Source of the DNA: Candidatus Aminicenantes bacterium UBA647
GTDB taxonomy: Bacteria > Acidobacteriota > Aminicenantia > UBA2199
Assembly (NCBI GenBank): GCA_002299555.1
Contig: DBOL01000025.1
Coordinates: 817-64,816 of the forward strand
Length of the DNA: 64,000 nt
Direction of reading: 5' to 3'
Made by a program: the position numbers and the translations under genes. Positions within the stretch are counted from its first letter, which is position 1. Every line of letters begins with the position of its first letter. The notes under the pieces are model-generated. The model did no database searches, had not been told where the DNA came from, and was given only the letters and a program-made list of their open reading frames with translations. Of this stretch, positions 48,556-55,855 are shown in pieces.

Positions 48556-50706
48556 CTACCTCCATGTATAAGGAGATAAGTTACCGCCAAGATCTCCTAT
48601 AGAATCAACCAGTAACTGAGCAACATATCTGGCATTATGAATATATCCGTGAGGTTCTTTCTTTGACAGCTGAAAGTTATAGGCAGCTTTCAAAAGGTTC
48701 GCAGAAAATCTGTATCCATTTGAATATGATGCCTCTCCACTATCCACAATACCGTTATTGTTAAGATCTTTGAAGAAATACGGATAGGTATGAGAGTCAT
48801 AAACTAGTGGTGCTTTCGACTGACTTCCAACTCTTTGCATTTGCGCATACAGGCTGTCTTCAAGTCCTATGATCTCGTATTTCATTGCTTCAGTTGTATT
48901 CCCGTCTCCATCATAATCGGGAATATTTGCAGGCCTTATTCCACTGAACTTGAACTTGGACGGATCTGCACCCGGATTCGGCTGGGCAATATCCTGTCCG
49001 TGACAATCGACACAATCAGCCTGGTTGGGTTTCTGAACATTATGACCTGTATTAGGTGATTTACCTTTTGTACCCATATGACACTCGATACAAGTTACAA
49101 ATTTGTTGTCATGGTTCGGGTACATCTGGCGTCCTGCATATACTTTCCCCGGATATTCATACCCACCCTGAACCTCGGTACCGAATAGTACAGCAGCTGT
49201 CGGGAAATAGTGGATATTTGTAAATGAATAATTTCCGGTTCCACCGGCTATCTTGCTGTCAACCGAAGCTTTTGAAGCGCGTCCCTGGTGACAGGCCATA
49301 CATAAGTTACTTGCGTCTCCCAAACTGACAACATCCCCTGATGGGAATTTCACGTCTGCCAGCTGCAGCAATGCGGGAGGGCCGGTATGACATGTAGTGC
49401 AAAGCATACCATTGGCGATCGGTTCAGGATCTTCATTGGTTCCGTCAGCAACATATTTAGCAAGTCCTGTCGCGCTATGACATCTTGCACAACTTGATTG
49501 AACTTCACCGTCTCCATCCCAATGTCTCCAGGCTTCCTGTGAACCGGCAAAATGACCTTCATCATTTCTGGTCATTTTTGACATATCAACTCCTCCAGTC
49601 ACAGAATTCATGTCAGCAATAGAATCATACATAAGTTGGATAAGGTATTTGCCTCCGTGAGCAAAAGCCCCCGGATCTTTTTGAGAAGTCTGGTAGTTAT
49701 ACGCAGCTTTTGCCAATCTTGGTGTAAATTTCTTATAACTATTTGCATACACAGCTTCACCCTCATCAATAACACCATCATTATTTGTATCAGTGAAAAA
49801 ATATGGATATGTATGTGATTCATAACCGATAGTTGTTCCAACTACATTTCTGGAGTATACCAGCATCCCGTTAAAGAGGGCATCCTGAAGGCCCTTCAGT
49901 TCATAATAGATCCCTTCAGTTGTATTCCCGTCACCGTCATAATCGGTAAAAGAACCGAAATACCTGATGTTGTGGAGATCCTCTTTACTCTCAATCCCGC
50001 TATGGCATGTATCACATTGTTCAATTTTGATCTCCAATGAATGGGGATCGTGACAATCAGTACAAGAGTTGTATCCGGTTACATGACCGAATTTCCCGTC
50101 ATATGTCTGCCCTGCATATTCATAACCGCCTTTGGCAAGAGTACCGTAAAGGATAGCTCCAGCCGGGAAATAATGGATATTTGAGAACCTGATAGATGAA
50201 GAGGGTGTATCCAATGCTTTGCCGGCAAGTCCTGCCATGACTGAAGGACCTGAAGATCTTCCCTGGTGACAATTCATGCAAATACCTTCATTTCCAAGAG
50301 GTTCATATGTTCCATCTTCATTCATCTCCCCTTTCACTTCGATACCTGAAGGAAATGTCACACCGGCAAAAACCTTCGGAGTCCCATTCTCAACATTAGT
50401 GTGACAGGTTTCGCAGGTAAAGGCTCCCGGTTCATGTCCATTCGCAACAGCACCGGTATTAGTAAATTCTTCGAATCCACCTGCACTGTGACATTTTGCA
50501 CAGCTGGATGGTACAACTGCCGGTTCATCCTCATCCCAATGGACAAATGCTTCCGACGTTGAATCATTATGGCCTGAATCGGCAAATAATGAATCCTGAA
50601 CAGTTTCGAACATAGCTTTATCCATATTACAGGACTGCAGAACAAACAATCCTGTTATAAAGACAAAACAGATTCCGATTATTGATAAATTTTTTCTTTT
50701 ATTCAT
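48556..50706 (-). CDS. Decaheme c-type cytochrome lipoprotein with internal 5+5 duplication (functional analogue of MtrC/OmcA-type surface cytochromes)
   Basis: Ten CXXCH motifs: CAKCH, CETCH, CMNCH, CTDCH, CDTCH, then CARCH, CTTCH, CMACH, CIECH, CVDCH. Lipobox-like LQSC after the signal peptide. GGAGG lies before ATG 50706; the ORF-track extension to 50805 would overlap the upstream gene. Confidence 0.85.
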   Translation of the reverse strand: MNKRKNLSIIGICFVFITGLFVLQSCNMDKAMFETVQDSLFADSGHNDSTSEAFVHWDEDEPAVVPSSCAKCHSAGGFEEFTNTGAVANGHEPGAFTCETCHTNVENGTPKVFAGVTFPSGIEVKGEMNEDGTYEPLGNEGICMNCHQGRSSGPSVMAGLAGKALDTPSSSIRFSNIHYFPAGAILYGTLAKGGYEYAGQTYDGKFGHVTGYNSCTDCHDPHSLEIKIEQCDTCHSGIESKEDLHNIRYFGSFTDYDGDGNTTEGIYYELKGLQDALFNGMLVYSRNVVGTTIGYESHTYPYFFTDTNNDGVIDEGEAVYANSYKKFTPRLAKAAYNYQTSQKDPGAFAHGGKYLIQLMYDSIADMNSVTGGVDMSKMTRNDEGHFAGSQEAWRHWDGDGEVQSSCARCHSATGLAKYVADGTNEDPEPIANGMLCTTCHTGPPALLQLADVKFPSGDVVSLGDASNLCMACHQGRASKASVDSKIAGGTGNYSFTNIHYFPTAAVLFGTEVQGGYEYPGKVYAGRQMYPNHDNKFVTCIECHMGTKGKSPNTGHNVQKPNQADCVDCHGQDIAQPNPGADPSKFKFSGIRPANIPDYDGDGNTTEAMKYEIIGLEDSLYAQMQRVGSQSKAPLVYDSHTYPYFFKDLNNNGIVDSGEASYSNGYRFSANLLKAAYNFQLSKKEPHGYIHNARYVAQLLVDSIGDLGGNLSPYTWR

Positions 50707-50719
50707 CGTTTTTCCTCCG

Positions 50720-52582
50720 TTATTTCCAACTGTAACCAAAGGAAATTTCAAATATATTGGCCTTGTAATCATTATAGCCAAAATCATTTTCCTTAAAATC
50801 AACATATCTGTAATTCAACTGACCGATAAAACCTTTTTCACAAAAATACTTGAAGAAGAGTTTAAAGTTAGTTCTTGTTAATTCCCATGATCCGTTGTTC
50901 TTGTAGTAGTTTAGATAAGCTCCGAGACCAGTCTTATCACTTAGTTTTGAGTAGACATAAAGGTCGAAAAGGTTTGAAGTCCCTTCGAAGAGTATATCCC
51001 AGACATAGGTCCCCTCGCCTCCGCTCCATGATGGCGGATAATAGATTGACCTGTCCCCTTTTCTGGTAACATCGATCAGAGAATATCCGGCTGAGAAATG
51101 AAGTTTTTTCTTGTAAATTCCAAGTCTGAGGTTCAGTTGATTCTTATCCGATGTCCACATCTCACCATTTTGATCACTTTCCGACTTATTGAACAAATAT
51201 GAACCACTGAAGTAAAGATTCTTGTTCTTGTATTTGGCAGTAAGCCTGAATCTGTGAAAATCAGTAGGTGAGATAAGAGTTAACGGATTATCATAAGTCC
51301 CATATTGATAATCTGCTGTTACTCTGAATTTTTTATTAAGCCTCAAGTTCAAATTTCCGAATATTCCGGTTTTGGATGTGGGTTCATTTACATCTTCGAT
51401 AACAATTGCATCTTCCACATCTCTCTGCTCCATTCTGTATCCGATAGTGAATCCGAATTTAGTGTTTGGTTGATACTGAAGCCCTGCTTCAACTCCTCCA
51501 GTTTCATATTTAAGATCCATTGAAGTTTTCTCCCCATCAATGGTCATAGATCCGGTCTGGTCAAAATTATTATAAAAAGTAGTTCCCACCAGAGCCATCT
51601 TATCATTCAGGAAGTAGGTAAAATCGAGATCATAGACCTGAGATTTTCTTGAGAAATCGCCATCTCCAGTATAGTCATATGAAAAACCTGCACCAACATA
51701 ATCGATACCCATTGCACTTTCATCATATGTGAACTCTGTATCCTGGTTCATGATCATAAAGCTGCCTTTCAGGAGAAGCCTTTTAATTGGATTAAATGTG
51801 AATTTTGCAGTGTGCGTAATGCCTTTCATATCATACGGCATATCAAGATGGAAATAATTAAGAGCTGTCGGATATCTGGCGAAATCACCACCGTCAGCAT
51901 ATCCGGGCAGGAACATGCTTGTTGCATTCTCAAAATCAGTAAATTTTTCTTCGATCACAAATGCAAAGCTCTTTCCGCTATAATCAAACCCGAGAGTTAC
52001 TTCAGTTGACATCTCATCTATTGGTTTTTCAAACTCAAACTCAACTCTTCCGATATCAAGTGTATTAACGCTCGATCCTTTCTTTGTGTAGCTGTTAAAA
52101 TCTATATATGCATGAGCACTTTTTCCCAGCCATACTTTGAAAAGGCCTGAATCGTTTATCCGGTCAAATGCATAAGTGTGAAAATCATGTCCTTCAAGAT
52201 GGTCATTATAAAAATATTCTGATTTTCTTCTGTTAAACTTAAACTTGTACTTCCCGTTTTTCACAATATCGAGACCCATACTTTCAAATGGGTCGCCGCC
52301 AAAATTGTGAATATAGACATTCATGTAATCAAAATATTTGTTCATTTTCCCGGCGGGGGCGAAATGAATATTGAAATCGAACAATCTGACCCCATCACCA
52401 AGGTTAATATCCTCTTTGTATTTTGATTCAACTCCGCTTACATCAACATACCTGTACCCTACCAGGAATTTTCCGTAAAACTCATCCTCACCTTGTTCTC
52501 CGGCAGAAAGGGATATTGATGACACAAATCCACAGAACAGGATAACCATTAAAATTGTTAAAAATGATTTATTTATTTTCAT
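50720..52582 (-). CDS. Large outer-membrane beta-barrel, MtrB/PioB-like position in a porin-cytochrome module
   Basis: Signal peptide and 620 aa of alternating aromatic/Gly/Asn/Asp-rich strand-like sequence with no Cys-rich or catalytic motif. It sits between two decaheme genes with 10 and 13 nt gaps. Confidence 0.6.
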   Translation of the reverse strand: MKINKSFLTILMVILFCGFVSSISLSAGEQGEDEFYGKFLVGYRYVDVSGVESKYKEDINLGDGVRLFDFNIHFAPAGKMNKYFDYMNVYIHNFGGDPFESMGLDIVKNGKYKFKFNRRKSEYFYNDHLEGHDFHTYAFDRINDSGLFKVWLGKSAHAYIDFNSYTKKGSSVNTLDIGRVEFEFEKPIDEMSTEVTLGFDYSGKSFAFVIEEKFTDFENATSMFLPGYADGGDFARYPTALNYFHLDMPYDMKGITHTAKFTFNPIKRLLLKGSFMIMNQDTEFTYDESAMGIDYVGAGFSYDYTGDGDFSRKSQVYDLDFTYFLNDKMALVGTTFYNNFDQTGSMTIDGEKTSMDLKYETGGVEAGLQYQPNTKFGFTIGYRMEQRDVEDAIVIEDVNEPTSKTGIFGNLNLRLNKKFRVTADYQYGTYDNPLTLISPTDFHRFRLTAKYKNKNLYFSGSYLFNKSESDQNGEMWTSDKNQLNLRLGIYKKKLHFSAGYSLIDVTRKGDRSIYYPPSWSGGEGTYVWDILFEGTSNLFDLYVYSKLSDKTGLGAYLNYYKNNGSWELTRTNFKLFFKYFCEKGFIGQLNYRYVDFKENDFGYNDYKANIFEISFGYSWK

Positions 52583-52592
52583 GATTCTGCTC

Positions 52593-53402
52593 CTATTTCA
52601 AAAATAATTTATCCAGGTTGGAACCATGGATGGATGAATGGCAATTAGCACAATTTGTATCATTAGCAAGGAATCTCAAATGCCAGTCCGGTGCAACTGA
52701 ATGACAGCTGAAGCATAATTCCCTTACACTCTGATGTTTAAGCATATGCCTGTTCGGTGACCCGTGGACATCATGACAAGCTGTACAGCCTTCAACGCTG
52801 GATGCTTCATGTTCATGCATGAAAGGGCCGCCTTTATCACGGTGACATTTCAAACATGATTCCTGCTTAAAACCACCGAGTCTCTGACGTGCCGCACTCT
52901 CATGAGGATTATGGCATGAAGTACACTCAAGGATCCCTTCTGCAAGGCGGTGTTTTTCATTCAGCATGAATTCCGTGGCAACATCCTGATGACAGGATGT
53001 ACAAAGTTTTGTGTTAAGTTTTGCCATTGAATTCACTTTTTTATGAACTCCATGACACTTGGTACAATCTATACCTGCTTTTGAATGTTCACCATTCATA
53101 AAACCTCCAACAACCGTTTTATGACAGGACAAACATTGTTTGGATTTCTGAAGTGCAGTCTCATTTTTGAATGAGAATATATTCCCGGACTCAGCATTAT
53201 CCAGATGCTTTGCAGCATTTCCATGACAGTCGATACATTTTGCGCTGGAAATACCATGAGCTGTTCCGATAAACTTCACGGAAACTTCATCATGGCACTC
53301 AGCACAAACATTTCCGGCACCCTCTTCTCCGAAAATATCAACCGAAAGGAACACTGTCAGACAGAACGTCATTAACAATACTCCGAAGATTCGTTTATTC
53401 AA
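52593..53402 (-). CDS. Periplasmic decaheme c-type cytochrome (MtrA/DmsE-like size and heme density)
   Basis: Ten CXXCH motifs in 269 aa: CAECH, CIDCH, CLSCH, CTKCH, CTSCH, CTSCH, CLKCH, CTACH, CFSCH and CANCH. It has a signal peptide but no lipobox. The start is TTG, with AGGAGG 8 nt upstream. Confidence 0.85.
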   Translation of the reverse strand: MNKRIFGVLLMTFCLTVFLSVDIFGEEGAGNVCAECHDEVSVKFIGTAHGISSAKCIDCHGNAAKHLDNAESGNIFSFKNETALQKSKQCLSCHKTVVGGFMNGEHSKAGIDCTKCHGVHKKVNSMAKLNTKLCTSCHQDVATEFMLNEKHRLAEGILECTSCHNPHESAARQRLGGFKQESCLKCHRDKGGPFMHEHEASSVEGCTACHDVHGSPNRHMLKHQSVRELCFSCHSVAPDWHLRFLANDTNCANCHSSIHGSNLDKLFLK

Positions 53403-53471
53403 TTTTCCTACCTCCTAATATTTATTTTGTTAATCTTTAACTTTATAGTTAAAGTCTTAACAATTAAAAGA

Positions 53472-53487
53472 AGCATTAAACTTGCCA
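53472..53487 (-). promoter_or_regulatory. Candidate sigma-54 (-24/-12) promoter: TGGCAAG-N4-ATGCT
   Basis: The minus strand reads TGGCAAGTTTAATGCTT. The invariant GG and GC lie at the consensus spacing of TGGCACG-N4-TTGCW, with 2 mismatches. It is about 70-85 nt upstream of the decaheme start codon. Confidence 0.4.
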
Positions 53488-53560
53488 CGCCTTGTTAATG
53501 TAACTGGTTTTGTTTTATTTGAATTATAGGGATTCTTCAATACTGCAACAATTCATCAGT

Positions 53561-53595
53561 GTGTTCAAAACCGAACACATGTTCAATTTTGAACA
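53561..53595. promoter_or_regulatory. Two tandem inverted repeats TGTTC-N6-GAACA (TGT-N10-ACA type), a candidate enhancer-binding-protein UAS
   Basis: GTGTTC-AAAACC-GAACAC at 53561-53578 and TGTTCAA-TT-TTGAACA at 53580-53595. Their centres are 18 bp apart and lie about 80-105 bp upstream of the candidate -24 element. Confidence 0.4.
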
Positions 53596-53616
53596 ACCAC
53601 TATGCCAATAAAGTAT

Positions 53617-54561
53617 TTACTTATTTCTCCGATAGGTCCTTAATAACACTCTGTAACTTCGTTTAAATATTTTATTGCTCAGCTCTATTTTCCCATTACT
53701 TTCAAGGATCTCCGCAGCTTTGTAAATTGCAGGGAAGAAAGATGGTTCTATAAGAGAAAATCTTGAAAGGTTTTTAATGTTTTCCGGTGAAGGATCAGTT
53801 ATTGATCTTCCTAAATAGAGACCTAATTTCAATCTTTTTGAATCCTTTGCTTTTAAAGCCTCTGTAAAAAAAAATTCTGACTCCATTATTTTATCCTGCA
53901 TAATGAGAGCATATCCATAACCGAGTCCGGCTTCCTCATTTTCACTATCCTTTTCTACAGCTTTTTTGTATATATTCTCTGCAAGTTGATAATTTCCGTC
54001 TATTATCAGAGTAAAAGCCTGCTTTGTTATCCGGTTGAGTTTCCTTTGCTCAAGTTTTTTATCAAACTCTTTGTATACATCACCCGGAGCCTCTCCTTTT
54101 CCAAGAGCCAGTAAATGATTTTTAAAGAATAGACTCAAATTTGATCTGTAACTGACGATCAATGAGTTCAGAATTCCTGCCTCGTTAATAAAGAGCACCG
54201 TGGGCATAACTATGATCCCGAGATTACCATAAATTTTTCTTTCAGGATCATTGAGATTTTTCTTCTCTCCTTTAATTTTGTTAAAAAGGATCATCACCCT
54301 TTTGTCAGTTTCATTATTAACATCAACAAGGAGAAAATAAAGATTTTTTCTTGAATTATATACTTTGCTGAATTGTCTGAAGAATGCAATGGATCTGGGC
54401 TCATCCGATTTCAAATACAGCAAAACCGACTTCTCTTTTCCCTCGAGAAACTTCAACTCATTGACCAGAGGGATATTATCGCCGGTCTTTATCTCCCGCA
54501 AGCCTTCAACATCTGCAGGAAACATATAAAAAGTTAAAAGCAGTAAAACTATTGCTTTCAT
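53617..54561 (-). CDS. Secreted protein with a Cys-less thioredoxin-like N-domain and TPR-like C-domain (function unknown)
   Basis: Signal peptide. A TlpA/redoxin-like strand-helix pattern (SVLLYLKSDEPRS..FF......LYFLLVDVN....MPTVLFI) lacks the CXXC. The C-terminus is a helical repeat region. An ATGA overlap links it to the upstream cytochrome gene. Confidence 0.4.
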   Translation of the reverse strand: MKAIVLLLLTFYMFPADVEGLREIKTGDNIPLVNELKFLEGKEKSVLLYLKSDEPRSIAFFRQFSKVYNSRKNLYFLLVDVNNETDKRVMILFNKIKGEKKNLNDPERKIYGNLGIIVMPTVLFINEAGILNSLIVSYRSNLSLFFKNHLLALGKGEAPGDVYKEFDKKLEQRKLNRITKQAFTLIIDGNYQLAENIYKKAVEKDSENEEAGLGYGYALIMQDKIMESEFFFTEALKAKDSKRLKLGLYLGRSITDPSPENIKNLSRFSLIEPSFFPAIYKAAEILESNGKIELSNKIFKRSYRVLLRTYRRNK

Positions 54562-55844
54562 AACCCCTTAACCTTTTTATTTCTGTCATATGAATATTCT
54601 TTGTGACATCCTGGTGCACAACTTCCACCGGTTTTTGTCTTTTCAAATCCAACCGGCAGGCTCCATTTCCCAAATGGTGTCTCTTTTCTAATGTGTTTGG
54701 GCAGATTACTGGCATGGATCTCATGACATGCCCGGCAAGTCCTCCCCTTTGTCATGTTCACATGAACATAATGGAGATTCCAGTCACCATCTCTAAAATT
54801 TGTAAGAGCTACGGTTCTTTCAACCTTTGCCAGTTTGCTCTCATGACATTCGAAGCAGGAAGCATATTTTTTCTCTTCATAAGCAGTATAGAATTCTTTC
54901 GGGAATTCATCCTTAAGGATCATATAAAAATCAGAACCATGAGGATCATGACACCCGGTACAATTACCATCCTTAATAGGACCGTGTTTGAATTTGTTTC
55001 TGTTCACGATCTTAAAAATATTGTAATCCTTACCATCCGTTCCAATTAATTTTTTGTCATGGCAATTAAGGCAAAGTTTAAGTGGAGAAATTTTGAGGTT
55101 ATTATCATAAAGAGAGCCGTGTGCATCATGGCAGTTGTAGCATTTCTTATTCTCATTTACTACAGCATGTTTGAACTTTACTGAATCAACTTTATCTGTT
55201 ATTTTTTTGTGACATTCACTACAGAGTTTTTCACGATCTGCAATTAATTGAAATTCATGGCCGGAGGAGTGAGGGCTGTGACATTTTGAACAACCCTCTT
55301 TCATAGGAGAGTGCATTTTCTGATCCGCACCTGAAAAATCCTTATCAGAATGACACCTTGTACATATTACTTTCATAGGCTCGACAAGGAGAAATTTATT
55401 ATTTGAACTGTGGGACTCATGACATAACGAGCAATTTCCCGAAGCGTTGGGTCCATGAACAAATTTTTTGTTCATCGGGTCTTCATCATGGCAGTCAAAG
55501 CATACCTTGTCGATCCTCTTATGCTTTAAAAAGGCTTTGTAATCTCCGCCATGCGAAAAATGACAATCTGTACAATCGCCTGAGGAGACAGCATCATGCA
55601 CATTTTTTTTGTCGGTCTGATCGTCATGACACTCATTACAATGTTCATTAATATTTGCGATCTTTGTAAATTTGTGATCGCCTGTCTTTTCATGACAGGT
55701 AAGGCAATCATCATCAACAGGTGCATGGATCACTTTGTAATCTTTCATATCCTTATGACACTCTGAAGTCACACAACTTTTTTCTGCACCGCCTGCAAAA
55801 GAAAAAAGAAATAAAACAGCTAATAATGCATAAAATAATTTCAT
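54558..55844 (-). CDS. Periplasmic multiheme c-type cytochrome, 13 CXXCH plus CX4CH and CX3CH variants (c7/c3-type repeat architecture)
   Basis: Canonical motifs: CLTCH, CNECH, CTDCH, CFDCH, CSLCH, CTRCH, CSKCH, CSECH, CYNCH, CLNCH, CTGCH, CFECH and CRACH. Variants: CVTSECH and CAPGCH. Signal peptide present, with GGAGG upstream. Confidence 0.85.
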   Translation of the reverse strand: MKLFYALLAVLFLFSFAGGAEKSCVTSECHKDMKDYKVIHAPVDDDCLTCHEKTGDHKFTKIANINEHCNECHDDQTDKKNVHDAVSSGDCTDCHFSHGGDYKAFLKHKRIDKVCFDCHDEDPMNKKFVHGPNASGNCSLCHESHSSNNKFLLVEPMKVICTRCHSDKDFSGADQKMHSPMKEGCSKCHSPHSSGHEFQLIADREKLCSECHKKITDKVDSVKFKHAVVNENKKCYNCHDAHGSLYDNNLKISPLKLCLNCHDKKLIGTDGKDYNIFKIVNRNKFKHGPIKDGNCTGCHDPHGSDFYMILKDEFPKEFYTAYEEKKYASCFECHESKLAKVERTVALTNFRDGDWNLHYVHVNMTKGRTCRACHEIHASNLPKHIRKETPFGKWSLPVGFEKTKTGGSCAPGCHKEYSYDRNKKVKGL

Positions 55845-55855
55845 CCTAATACCTC

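Noticed and set aside
48556-50706. The internal 5+5 heme duplication interpreted as an assembly artefact or recent DNA repeat
   Set aside because: The two halves are clearly diverged at both protein and nucleotide level, with only motif blocks conserved. This indicates an ancient intragenic duplication, not a collapsed or duplicated assembly region.
50707-50805. N-terminal extensions proposed by the ORF track (also 60974-61012, 62840-62905, 62067-62081, 30830-30898, 19201-19245, 12915-12941, 23764-23778, 29802-29819)
   Set aside because: These extensions overlap upstream genes or precede a better start that has a Shine-Dalgarno sequence and an immediately following signal peptide or conserved N-terminus. 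I used the internal starts instead.
53561-53595. The tandem palindromes interpreted as a terminator of the upstream seven-gene operon
   Set aside because: No T-run follows either hairpin on the minus strand, and the second hairpin would have a 2 nt loop. The shared TGTTC-N6-GAACA half-sites fit protein-binding sites better. Some attenuation of read-through cannot be excluded.
54603-55049. 148 aa plus-strand ORF, plus other plus-strand ORFs inside the cytochrome island (49636-49818, 50875-51069, 51305-51523, 55403-55651, 56140-56394, 57232-57429, 57676-57864, 62257-62466)
   Set aside because: All are antisense to ORFs whose frames carry regularly spaced CXXCH or NHL motifs. None has motifs of its own.
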